DNA of 64,000 nucleotides from Abditibacteriaceae bacterium (GTDB lineage: Bacteria; Armatimonadota; Abditibacteriia; Abditibacteriales; Abditibacteriaceae): assembly GCA_031372065.1 (NCBI GenBank), contig JANMKN010000388.1, positions 1 to 64,000 on the forward strand. Direction: 5' to 3'. Within the stretch, counting starts at the first letter, position 1. Every line of letters begins with the position of its first letter. The notes below the pieces were generated by a model that was not told the origin of the DNA, made no database searches, and worked only from the letters and a program-made list of their open reading frames with translations. Below, piece by piece: positions 55,601-64,000 of the stretch. The translations under genes and the position numbers were made by a program.

Positions 55601-58600
55601 CTATAATGGCGAGTCCGGCAACGCCGATTAAGCCATTTCCCGAAATAATGTTGCGTGCCGCTGTCGTGCTACCGCCGATCAAATTACCAAAGGCGTCGCG
55701 GATTTGAACACCTTCAAACTGATTTCCAATCCCAGCGGTGCCCGCTATGTTGGTGCCGATGAAGTTACTGGCAATGATGTTAGCTGTAGCGGTGCCCGAA
55801 ATGAAAATTCCCGCTCCGCTATTACCCGAAATGATGTTGCGCCCGCCGCTGCCGCCGACAATGTTGCTGCGCGCGTTATCGGCGATGGTGATGCCGTTTC
55901 CGTTATTGGGCAAAGCGCCACTCCCATCGGCTTTGATGCCAATATAATTGCCTTGAATGCGATTTGAGCGCGCATCGGGGAAGCCGAGAAAAATGCCGTC
56001 GGACTTATTGCCGGAAATCAAGTTGCGGGTGCCGCTTGTCGTGCCACCAATCAAATTATCGTGAGCGCCCTGTGCGATGGCGATGCCGGGAAACAAGTTA
56101 CCGAAACCGGTCAACTTTCCTGTGGGGTCAGTGCCGACAAAGTTGCCTTGCACCACGTTAAAGGCCGTATTCTGCCCCGAAGTCGCGCCGTTAATGCCGC
56201 CGATGCCGATGCCATTATGGGTGTTGCCTGCGACGACGTTGCCGGTGCCTGCCACATCGCCGCCGATGCGATTGCGTTGCGCGCCATCGTGCATCACAAT
56301 GCCTTGCGCGACGTTGCCCAGCACGCCATTGCCTGTTGCGTTGAGGCCAACCCAGTTGTTTTGGATGGTGTTGCCGTCGGTGCCGGTGCCGGACATCGAA
56401 ATGCCGTAACGATTGTTGCCCGAAACGAGGTTGCGCCCGCCGCCAATGGTGCCCACCACGTTATTGAGCGCGCCCGTTTCCATAGCAATGCCGTCATTGC
56501 CGTTGGCTACTTTGGCATTTCCGGTGGCGTTAAGGCCGACATAGTTGCCCGTCACTCGGTTGGTGCGCGCCAACGCGCCGAGGCCAAAAGATCGGCCCGA
56601 AATCAATACGCCATTTCCGGCGTTGCCCGAAATAACGTTGCGCGCCGCTACTGTGTTGCCGCCGATGACATTGCTGTTGGCGCCGTTATCAATCCACACA
56701 CCCGCCGTTGTTGAAAAAGCCCCAAACGAAGCCGCGCCGTTGAGCGTTGTGCCAATGAAATTGCCCAGCACGCTGTTGGCCGCCGCGTTCTCGGAGATGT
56801 AAATATTGGCGTCAGTGTTGCCGGAAATCAGGTTGCGCGAGCCGCTTACCGTGCCACCAATAGTGTTGCGCGCCGCGCCAAAAATGCCGACGCCAAAGCG
56901 ATTGGACAGCACCGCATTGCCCGCCGCATTGGTGCCCAGATAATTGCCGAGAATGGCATTGCTTACTGTAGCGGCACCTTCTATGGCAACGCCATATTCA
57001 CAGCCGGAAATGATATTGCGAAAAGCAGCGGTTGTGCCACCGATAATGTTTCCTGTGGCGCCATTGGTCAAGCGCACACCACGCCCGTTGGCAATGGCGA
57101 CATTGCCCGCTGGGTTAGTGCCGATGTAATTGCCGCGCACGGGGTTCGCGCTGCTGCCATTGATGAGAATGCCAGTTCCGTTATTGCCGGAAATGATGTT
57201 GCGCGCTCCGCTAACCGTGCCGCCCACGATATTGCCTTTGGCGCCCGCGTTAATTTGAATGCCATCGCCAAACGCGCCGTTACTGAGCGCCGCACCATTA
57301 AAACTCAAGCCGATGGTGTTGCCTTCGATATGGTTGTTGTCGGCGTTCCGAATCTCTATGCCAATCAAATCGTTGCCAGCGATGAGATTGCCCGCGCCGT
57401 TTGCCGTGCCACCGATGTTATTTAACTGCGCATCAGTAAGGATTAGCACGCCGGTGGGGTTGGGCAAAGGCAAAAGACCGGCGGCATTAGTGCCGATGAA
57501 ATTCCCTTGCACCGCGTTGGAAAGTGTGCCGGCATCAGTCAGCAGGATACCCGCTCCATCGTTGCCCGAAACTAAGTTGCCTGCGCTTCTTGTAGTGCCA
57601 CCAACCACATTATTGGTGGCATTGCCTTCGAGCCGGATGCCGGTGCGTGTGTTACCCAGATCAGTGCTTCCGGCGGCGTTGGTGCCGACATAGTTGCCTT
57701 GCACTGCGTTGCCAGTGCCACCCAAAATATCAATGCCATGAACATCATTGCCGGAAACTACATTTCTGGCCGTAGCTGTGGTGCCGCCGATGGTGTTGTT
57801 GTTGGCTTGAATCAAAATGCCGACAGAAGCATTGCCCAAATCAGCCGCGCCCACCACATTAGTGCCGACATAGTTGCCTTGAATAATCGTCCCCGTAGCG
57901 CCGGGCTGGACATGAACGCCATTGAAACCATTGCCCGAAAGCAAATTGCGTTGCGAAGCCGCTGCTCCGCCAATGCGGTTATTGTCGCCCGTCACCACTA
58001 CGCCTGTGCCGCCATTGGGCAACGCGCCGGTGCCTGTTATGTTGGTTCCGATGAAACATCCCGAAATTTGGCTGCTGTTACCGCGTAAAATGACTCCATC
58101 GCCCGTAAAGCGGTTAATTGCTAAACCACTGATGTTGACGTTGGAGGCCAGCACGTTAAAGCCACGTCCAATCGTTGTGGAACCACTAAGCTGGACAAGT
58201 AAAATGGCGTTATTGCCCACAGTTTGGTTATTCACGCTGGCGCCGGGCTGCGTATAACCGTTAATGGTCACGGCTTCGGTGATATTAGGTAACAGAGAAG
58301 CCAGTGCAATCGTTTTTACGCCCGCGCCGGGAATGTTGAACGAAATCGTATCGGCTCCCGCAGCGGCATTGGCGCGATTTATGGCGCCGCGCAGCGAGCA
58401 ATCATTGGGATTGGTTGTGCAAGCTGTTAAATTCGCATCTGAAATTGTATCTACCACCAGAGCGGAGCCGGAAGTCACATCGTTGTTGATAATCGTGCCG
58501 ATTGCCTGATTGTCACCGATGGTCGCATTGACGGCGTTGCTCAGATTCACAAAAAAGGTTTCGTCCGGCTCGACGGCGGTGTCGCCGATGATCGGCACGG

Positions 58601-61600
58601 CAATGGTGCCGCTCGTCGCTCCGGCGGGAATAGTAAGCGTTGTGGCGGGCAATGCGGCGTAATCGGTGGGTGACGTTGCGCTACCATTTTGCGTGAGGAA
58701 ATCTACTCTTACCGTTTTTCCAGAAATCGCAGAAAGCGTGACGGTGAAAATCAGATTCGCGGTGCCCGTATCTGGCTCAATAAGGGAAGTATCAGCGACA
58801 GAAAGCACAGGCGGTGCATCGTTGTCCAGAATAGTTCCCTGACCTTGCGCGTCGGTGATGGTGGCGTTGGTGGGATTGCTCAGATTGACAAAATACGTTT
58901 CGTTGGCTTCGTCCAATAAATCGCCTTGCACTAAAACGGTGATTGTTTTCGCGGTTTGGCCGGGCGCGAAGGTTAAAGTGCCGGTTTGCGCGTTGTAATC
59001 TCCCGGCGCGATGGCCGTGTTGTTGGCCGTAGCGAAATCAAACGTAATCGTTTGTGTGCTGGCCGCCGACAAAATGACCGTAAATGTAGTGATGGCCGTG
59101 CCCGTGTCGCCTTCGGGCGCGGTTACGTCGGTGATGGAAAGTGTTGGTGAATTGCGCACTGCAACGCTAAATTCGCTGGTGTTTCCAGCAGCATCGGTGG
59201 CAGTGGCGCTGAGGACGCGGCTGGTGAAGTTGCCGGTTAGTGTCACGGTTTTGGCTGCGTTGGTCGCGCCGGTGGGAATAGTGATGGTATCGGTGCCGAC
59301 AAATGTTTGGCCCTCGCCGTTGCCGGAGGGGTCGGCGGCGGCGTTGGAGTAAAAGTCCAAATTGTAAGTGCCGGGCAAGCTGTCGAGTGACACGTCCACC
59401 AAAGTGTTGCCGCTGCTTAAGCGCACATTGGAAAGCACCGGAAAGTTTTGCAAGTTGTTGGCGCCGGTGTCGGCATCGCCTGCATCGTTCGCATTCGGAG
59501 TGCCGAAGGCGCCGCCGCTGGGCACCAAATCAATGCCCAGTGCCGGATTGGTGGCAGTGCCGTTATCATGAATCGAGTTGCCGCGAATCGAAATGCCTGT
59601 CGGATTGGTCGGCACGCCGCCGAGCGTAGTGTTCAGCACAGTGACGCCGTAATTGGTATTGAAGGCGATGAGGTTGCCGTTGGCCGCCGTGCCGTCGCCG
59701 ATTCTGTTGGTGGTGCCGTCCAGAACTGTGACGCCCGAATTGTTAGGTGTGCTGTTGGTAGCACCCGGTTCGGGTAGACCGGCAGTTCCGGCAGGGGTAG
59801 TGCCCATCGAGTTGCGCAGAATCTTGTTGCCGGTTCCGCTTACCATGCTCACGCCCGAACCGTTGCCCGCCGACATCACATTGCGCGCTTCAGGCACGGT
59901 GCCACCGATGAGGTTATTATTGGATGCGATGCTCACACCGCCGCCATTAGCGGCTAAAGTAATCGTGCCCGCCGCGTTGACCTGTAAAAAGTTGCCTTGA
60001 ATCGTGTTGGTGTTGGCGCCCGTATTCAAACGAATAGCATCGCCGTTGGACGCGCCGATGACATTGCGCGCGGCGGGCGTCGTGCCTCCGATAAGATTGC
60101 CCGTTGAATCAATCGTTACGCAGTCGCCGTTGATGCTTTGCGCGCCGCTCGGATTCGCGCCGGTTTCGCTGGTGCCGATGAAACAGCCGGTAATCGTGCA
60201 GTTGTTGGCGCCCACACTCAGAACGACGCCGCCAAATGAGCCGTTGACGATCAGGCCTTTCAGCTTCGTGCTGGCTGCTTTAACGGTTAGCGGCGCGCCG
60301 GTAATTTGAATCAGCGGCTTGGCGTCCACGCTGAGATTTATTGTGCGCGTGTTGGCGCTGCTACCCGTTTGTGAGAAACCGTTAATCGTTACAGCTTTGG
60401 TAATGTCCGGGAAGCTGAAAGACGTTGTGACGGTGAAGATGCCGCCAACAGCCTGCGTTGCTGGAATAGCGAAGGAAATCGTGTCGCCACCGCTTCTGGC
60501 GTTAGCATTATTAATGGCGCCGCGCAGCGAGCAGTCGCCCGCCGCTGCCGTGCAAGCGTTCATGGTGGCGGAATCCGAAGTCGTGTCTACTACAAAGTTC
60601 TGCACGGCGCGAATTGAGCGCGAAAATTCCGAGGTGTTCAACGGCGCTGTTACAGGCGTGGCCGTTGCTGAAATCGGGTCGGTGAAAGTGCCCGTAATGC
60701 CGAAGTTAAAAGTGGCATTGCCGCTTGCGTCAGTGGTGACGCTTGTCGTGCTGAACACAAATGTTTGGCCTTCGCCGAAGCCCGAAGGATCGGGCGACGG
60801 GTTGGAGAAGAATTCAAGAGTGAATTGAGTGTTAGGCGTGGAATTGAGTGTTCCGGCGATTGTCGTGTTGCCCGATGCCACAGTCACACTGGTCAAAACC
60901 GGGAAGTTTTGCAGGGCGTTGGGGCCGGTATCCGTGTCGTCGTTGTCATTAGGCGTCACGCCGGTGGCGCCCAAATCAATGCCGAGGCCGCCGTTTTGGA
61001 AAATCGAGTTGCGCGTAATCTGGTTGCCGGTGCCCGCCAACGCAGTCACCGCAACGCCCGCACCGGTGTTGTGCGCGATGGTATTTGGAAAGCCGCCGAC
61101 GCCAATAATGTTGCCCGCTGCGCCGTCTTCAATCGAAATGCCCGCACCGGTGTTGGGCAGGGCGTTGGCGCTGCTCGCCGATGAAAAGCCAATTGAGTTG
61201 CCAATAATCGAGTTGGCGCTGGCCGTGCCGACGGCAGAGGCCGAAATCTGAATGCCGTCGCCGCCGTTGCCGGAAATGAGGGCGCCCCCGCCCGCGCCAC
61301 TCGTGCTGCCGACGGTGTTGCTGGAAGCGTTGGTGATGCGAACGCCATCCGAGCCGTTGCCCCTGTCCAGCGTGCCGGTTTGGTCGGTGCCGATGAAGTT
61401 GGCTTGCACGATGTTGCCCGTCGAGGCCGCGCCGCTGATGTCCACACCGGCATCGCCGTTGCCGGAGATGATGTTGCGTCCGGCAAGCTGCACCGATGAG
61501 CCGCCGATGGTGTTACTGGCGCTGTTGACAATGCCCACGCCGTAGGCGTCGTTGCCCACAATCGTTGTGCCGTCCGCCGCCAGGCCGATGATATTGCCCG

Positions 61601-64000
61601 CGATGGTGTTAGTTATGCCGGCGCTTTCGATTCGCACGCCGCCGCCGTTGCCGGAAATGACGTTACCCTCGCCAGCAGTGGTGCCGCCAATCGTGTTGTC
61701 GGTGGAGCTGCTATCTATCAAAACGCCATTGAGCGTGTTGCCCACATCGGTTGTGCCGTTGGTGCCCAGACCGATGTAATTGTTGACGATAGTGGCTATG
61801 GAGGTTGCGCCGCGCACGATAATGCCTGTATTGCTGTTGCCCGAAATGATGTTGCGATTGGCGGCGCCCGTCGCGCCAATGATTTGTTGTTGGCCGGAAG
61901 TGGTGTGCACGAAAATGCCGACGGAGTTAGCCAATGCCACGTTGCCGGTGGCGTCCACGCCGATGAAATTGTCCGCATAGGTGCCACGGCTATCGCCCGC
62001 AATGTCAATGCCGCTTTGCGTGTTGCCGGAAATCACGTTGCGCGCGTCGCTGCCGATGTCGGTGAGGACAGCGCCGTCGGCATTGACGCCATGACGCCCG
62101 TTGCCCAAAGCCGCCGTGCCGTTGACATCGGTGCCGATAAAGTTGCCTTCGATGCGGGCGCCGCGCGTATTGCCTATGTTCACCGTCAGCCGAACGCCAT
62201 CCTCTGTGTTGCCCGAAATAATGTTGCGGGCGCTTGCCGTATTGCCGCCGATGATGTCGCCTTGGGAGCCGCTGAGCCGAACCCCGGCCAGTGTGTTGGC
62301 GATGGCGGCGGTGCCCGTCGCATTGGTGCCGATGAAGTTGCCCAGAATCGTGTTGGAAGTCCCGTTTGACTGCACGCCGTTGGCGTTGTTGCCGCTAATC
62401 ACGTTGCGGGCCGTCGTCGTGGTGCCGCCGATGGTATTGGTATTCCCCAATGAAATCAGCACGCCGTCGCCGTTACCGAGTGGAGAGGTGCAGGCCGCGT
62501 TGGTGCCGATGAGGTTGCCCAGCACCGTGTTCGTTGTGCCGCCTATTGTGACTCCTGCCGTTGTGTTGCCGGAAATTAGGTTGCGCGCTGCTGCCGTTAT
62601 GCCGCCGATGGTAGTGTTGGAGTGGGGGCCAATGAGGGTAATGCCTGTGCCATTAGGCAGCGCCGTCGTGCCCGCCGCGTTGGTGCCGATGAAGTTCCCG
62701 GCGAAGGTTTCGCTCACGGTCGAATTATCCGCCGAAATGCCGCTGCCGCCAAAACGATTGATGACCAAACCGCGAATCGTGCAGTTGTCACCCGCACCGC
62801 TGAAATTGAAACCGTTGGTCGTCGCACCGGCTCCGGCGCCGTTGAGTTCGACCGTCAGCACCGTGTTGAGCGCGCCCGTCGCGTTGGTGTTGGCGCTGCT
62901 GCCCGTTTGTGAGAAGCCGTTAATCGTCACCGGCTGCGTGATAGCAGGCAGCGACGAAGCGGGAGTTATCGTTTTCACGCCCGTGCCGGGAATACCAAAG
63001 TTGATATTCGTCGGACCGCCGGCATTGTTACCAAACAAGTTGCTCGCGTAATTAATACCTTCGCGCAGGCTGCCGGCGTTGGTATCGTTGGTGTTGGTGA
63101 CAAGATAGCCGGGAGTTACGGTGAAGTTCGTGCCTGAAATAGCCTGCTGTCCGCCCACGACCACACGAATTGGGCCAGTGACGGCTGTTGCGGGCACTGT
63201 AGCGGTGATTTGCGTGGTGGAATCTATTGTGAAAACCGTTGTGTTGTTGCCGCCGAATTCAACCGTCGTTGTGGCGTTGGTTCCGGTAAAACCGGTGCCG
63301 GTTATCGTCACAATGCTGCCACGCGGCCCGCTGGTTGGCGTAAATGAAGAAATCGTTGGGCCTGTGATGTCATCATTTGTAATTGTGCCAATGCCTTGAT
63401 TGTCGGCAATCGTGGCGTTGGTGGCACTCGTCAAATTCACAAAGAAAGTTTCGTTTGGCTCAACCGTCGTATCGCCGTTAACGATGACCGTGATTGTTCC
63501 CGTCGTTTGCCCGGCTGGAATTGTCAAAGCGCCATTTGTAGTGGTGTAATCGCTGGGTGACGTCGCCGTGCCGTCGGCGGTGGCGTAATTCACCGTTATG
63601 TTTCGCCCGCTGACCGCCGATAACGTCACGGTGAAAGTCGCGAGTGTCGTGCCTATGTTGCCTTCGGTCACGGTCACATCGTTTACCGTGACGCTGGGCG
63701 CCGCGTCATTATCGGTAATGGTGCCCACGCCCTGCGCGTCGGCGATGGTGGCGTTGGTTGGATTGCTTAGATTGACAAAATAGGTTTCGTTGGCTTCATC
63801 CAACAAATCACCTTGCACTAAAACAGTGATCGTTTTCGCGCTTTGGCCGGGCGTGAAGGTTAACGTGCCGGTTTGCGTGTTGTAATCTCCCGGCGTGATG
63901 GCTGTGTTGTTGGCGGTGGCAAAGTCAACTGTAATGGTTTGCGTGCTGGCCGCCGACAAAATGACTGTAAAGGTAGTGATAGCTGTGCCGGTATCGCCTT
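52632..64000 (-). CDS. Giant surface/adhesin-like protein (5' end outside window): Calx-beta, IPT/TIG, CSLREA-type plus right-handed beta-helix modules, Ig-like, RCC1 propeller, C-terminal beta domain
   Basis: Frame is open to the window edge (GDTGTAITTFTVILS...). Motifs: Calx-beta GDLLDEANETYFVNLS; PTISSFTPTSG; DCSLRGAIN; many GNxIGTNxxG/RNxISGN repeats; GLGIDL...QN(F/Y)PVL...TSEFS; RCC1 AWGxNxxGQLG. Confidence 0.93.
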   Translation of the reverse strand, partial: GDTGTAITTFTVILSAASTQTITVDFATANNTAITPGDYNTQTGTLTFTPGQSAKTITVLVQGDLLDEANETYFVNLSNPTNATIADAQGVGTITDNDAAPSVTVNDVTVTEGNIGTTLATFTVTLSAVSGRNITVNYATADGTATSPSDYTTTNGALTIPAGQTTGTITVIVNGDTTVEPNETFFVNLTSATNATIADNQGIGTITNDDITGPTISSFTPTSGPRGSIVTITGTGFTGTNATTTVEFGGNNTTVFTIDSTTQITATVPATAVTGPIRVVVGGQQAISGTNFTVTPGYLVTNTNDTNAGSLREGINYASNLFGNNAGGPTNINFGIPGTGVKTITPASSLPAITQPVTINGFSQTGSSANTNATGALNTVLTVELNGAGAGATTNGFNFSGAGDNCTIRGLVINRFGGSGISADNSTVSETFAGNFIGTNAAGTTALPNGTGITLIGPHSNTTIGGITAAARNLISGNTTAGVTIGGTTNTVLGNLIGTNAACTSPLGNGDGVLISLGNTNTIGGTTTTARNVISGNNANGVQSNGTSNTILGNFIGTNATGTAAIANTLAGVRLSGSQGDIIGGNTASARNIISGNTEDGVRLTVNIGNTRGARIEGNFIGTDVNGTAALGNGRHGVNADGAVLTDIGSDARNVISGNTQSGIDIAGDSRGTYADNFIGVDATGNVALANSVGIFVHTTSGQQQIIGATGAANRNIISGNSNTGIIVRGATSIATIVNNYIGLGTNGTTDVGNTLNGVLIDSSSTDNTIGGTTAGEGNVISGNGGGVRIESAGITNTIAGNIIGLAADGTTIVGNDAYGVGIVNSASNTIGGSSVQLAGRNIISGNGDAGVDISGAASTGNIVQANFIGTDQTGTLDRGNGSDGVRITNASSNTVGSTSGAGGGALISGNGGDGIQISASAVGTASANSIIGNSIGFSSASSANALPNTGAGISIEDGAAGNIIGVGGFPNTIAHNTGAGVAVTALAGTGNQITRNSIFQNGGLGIDLGATGVTPNDNDDTDTGPNALQNFPVLTSVTVASGNTTIAGTLNSTPNTQFTLEFFSNPSPDPSGFGEGQTFVFSTTSVTTDASGNATFNFGITGTFTDPISATATPVTAPLNTSEFSRSIRAVQNFVVDTTSDSATMNACTAAAGDCSLRGAINNANARSGGDTISFAIPATQAVGGIFTVTTSFSFPDITKAVTINGFSQTGSSANTRTINLSVDAKPLIQITGAPLTVKAASTKLKGLIVNGSFGGVVLSVGANNCTITGCFIGTSETGANPSGAQSINGDCVTIDSTGNLIGGTTPAARNVIGASNGDAIRLNTGANTNTIQGNFLQVNAAGTITLAANGGGVSIASNNNLIGGTVPEARNVMSAGNGSGVSMVSGTGNKILRNSMGTTPAGTAGLPEPGATNSTPNNSGVTVLDGTTNRIGDGTAANGNLIAFNTNYGVTVLNTTLGGVPTNPTGISIRGNSIHDNGTATNPALGIDLVPSGGAFGTPNANDAGDADTGANNLQNFPVLSNVRLSSGNTLVDVSLDSLPGTYNLDFYSNAAADPSGNGEGQTFVGTDTITIPTGATNAAKTVTLTGNFTSRVLSATATDAAGNTSEFSVAVRNSPTLSITDVTAPEGDTGTAITTFTVILSAASTQTITFDFATANNTAIAPGDYNAQTGTLTFAPGQTAKTITVLVQGDLLDEANETYFVNLSNPTNATITDAQGQGTILDNDAPPVLSVADTSLIEPDTGTANLIFTVTLSAISGKTVRVDFLTQNGSATSPTDYAALPATTLTIPAGATSGTIAVPIIGDTAVEPDETFFVNLSNAVNATIGDNQAIGTIINNDVTSGSALVVDTISDANLTACTTNPNDCSLRGAINRANAAAGADTISFNIPGAGVKTIALASLLPNITEAVTINGYTQPGASVNNQTVGNNAILLVQLSGSTTIGRGFNVLASNVNISGLAINRFTGDGVILRGNSSQISGCFIGTNITGTGALPNGGTGVVVTGDNNRIGGAAASQRNLLSGNGFNGVHVQPGATGTIIQGNYVGTNVVGAADLGNASVGILIQANNNTIGGTTATARNVVSGNDVHGIDILGGTGNAVQGNYVGTNAAGSTDLGNTRTGIRLEGNATNNVVGGTTRSAGNLVSGNDGAGILLTDAGTLSNAVQGNFIGTNAAGLLPLPNPTGVLILTDAQLNNIGGTANGAGNLIAGNDLIGIEIRNADNNHIEGNTIGLSFNGAALSNGAFGDGIQINAGAKGNIVGGTVSGARNIISGNNGTGILINGSSANPVRGNYIGTNPAGNVAIANGRGVRLTNGATGNIIGGTTAAFRNIISGCEYGVAIEGAATVSNAILGNYLGTNAAGNAVLSNRFGVGIFGAARNTIGGTVSGSRNLISGNTDANIYISENAAANSVLGNFIGTTLNGAASFGAFSTTAGVWIDNGANSNVIGGNTVAARNVISGNAGNGVLISGRSFGLGALARTNRVTGNYVGLNATGNAKVANGNDGIAMETGALNNVVGTIGGGRNLVSGNNRYGISMSGTGTDGNTIQNNWVGLNATGNGVLGNVAQGIVMHDGAQRNRIGGDVAGTGNVVAGNTHNGIGIGGINGATSGQNTAFNVVQGNFVGTDPTGKLTGFGNLFPGIAIAQGAHDNLIGGTTSGTRNLISGNKSDGIFLGFPDARSNRIQGNYIGIKADGSGALPNNGNGITIADNARSNIVGGSGGRNIISGNSGAGIFISGTATANIIASNFIGTNIAGTAGIGNQFEGVQIRDAFGNLIGGSTTAARNIISGNGLIGVAGLAIIGDTAKNNSVQGNYIGTNATGTAAIPNTNEGVFVNAINNTIGGVTTTPGTGVGNLISGNNGVGVHMGTFFGGSSAGNRVMGNSIGLNVAGTAALPNFHGVTIDGGAQNNTIGGAVAGTRNVISGNIQRGVYITEAGTIGNRVEGNYVGTNLSGTGAIANKFVGITITFAASNNIIGGFTSVPGTGAGNLVSGNLISGISLEDKATNNSVFGNAVGVAANGTTSLPNRKGTQAGWGVLVVSASNNTVGNTTTGANLIANNDGPGIGVLTDRGSAFGNRFRGNRLFNNGGLGIDLIVSGFTDGVTANDSGAGEGASDADGGANHLQNYPVLTSATQSAAGQPLVLQGSLDSTSGRTFTIDAYSNAAADLSLFGEGQTYLGSFVIGNGTFNKSLAASGDLAGKLISLTATDNTTGDTSEFSKTLKVNPPITITVAVSPKAATLNSGDTQTFTATVGGTTNQNVTWKVDGGAAGGTITAAGLYTAPATPGTYTVRATSVADNTVSGTATVTVVSTPTGNPLLGWGYNEFGSVGDSSNTNRLSPVDVSIIQNARLLASGGSHNLAVAGNVLYAWGDNDDAQLGDGTHTSRNRPVAIPLPSGIRADSLKAITCGWYHSLALTSDGRVLAWGFNKDGQCGVQADAPRFITAPRLVAGLTNITQIAGGTLHSLALDSNGKVWAWGNNFYGQLGNGSVENLDATPTIVAGLPNAKAIGAGAGHSVALLTDGTAKAWGWNFYGQLGNGLSGYQTNGEERRSAVPVTVKNVSAGSQLSVGYAHTLVLKGDSTLLSWGNNFYGQLGRTTPNANDAIASGVANANGTLFGNVEKMAAGSGHNLVIRGDGTIWSWGYNEFGNLGLGNSNDQIAPQPVLNLTDGQAVAAGYAHSIAIASRVSARTPTTDNQPTTTLQNAISYASNNSIVLTFSAKLQSIGGGAVRVLVNGREIEAQSTSVSGNALTILLPKGTLKTGDEVIVSWSQLHTQAGESLIGNSPTIIVE

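Noticed and set aside
1..64000. tRNA, rRNA, IS element or prophage
   Set aside because: No cloverleaf, rRNA-like segment, transposase or phage gene was recognised; small RNAs could be missed by eye.

Overview
This is a 64 kb bacterial chromosomal segment from an LPS-producing diderm (lptC/lptA/lptB, kdsB). The gene content (lpt genes next to DUF3084 and YqgF, an H-X9-DG prepilin, Planctomycete/Verrucomicrobia-type DUF1501/DUF1549/DUF1800 proteins, exported HEAT-repeat proteins) suggests Armatimonadota/Abditibacteriota or a similar lineage; this is inference, since no marker gene is present. Main contents in order: an LPS-transport operon; two DUF1501 partner operons; GlcD; an orphan helical/beta-sandwich protein; a WD40 protein; an exported CHAT/TPR protease; kdsB-udg-cobA/hemD; a beta-helix/prepilin/lipoprotein island; hemB; a rhomboid protease; an 18 kb exported sugar-oxidoreductase cluster (3 Gfo/Idh/MocA, ThuA-DUF1080, TIM-barrel isomerase/lyase, 2 HEAT proteins, YceI) containing four tandem uncharacterised paralogs; pdp; a GNAT; and the 3' 11.4 kb of a giant Calx-beta/beta-helix/RCC1 surface protein. 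I saw no rRNA, tRNA, transposase or CRISPR-Cas. The most striking unexplained signal is three intergenic arrays of degenerate 21-bp tandem repeats (about 12.9, 30.8 and 45.2 kb) with different sequences but the same period. Two of them end in a terminator-like hairpin built from an inverted copy of their own repeat, and one lies directly upstream of a stand-alone uncharacterised gene. Families of 7-bp and 9-bp periodic palindromic elements also occupy many gene junctions. All family assignments come from motif recognition by eye, not from database searches.
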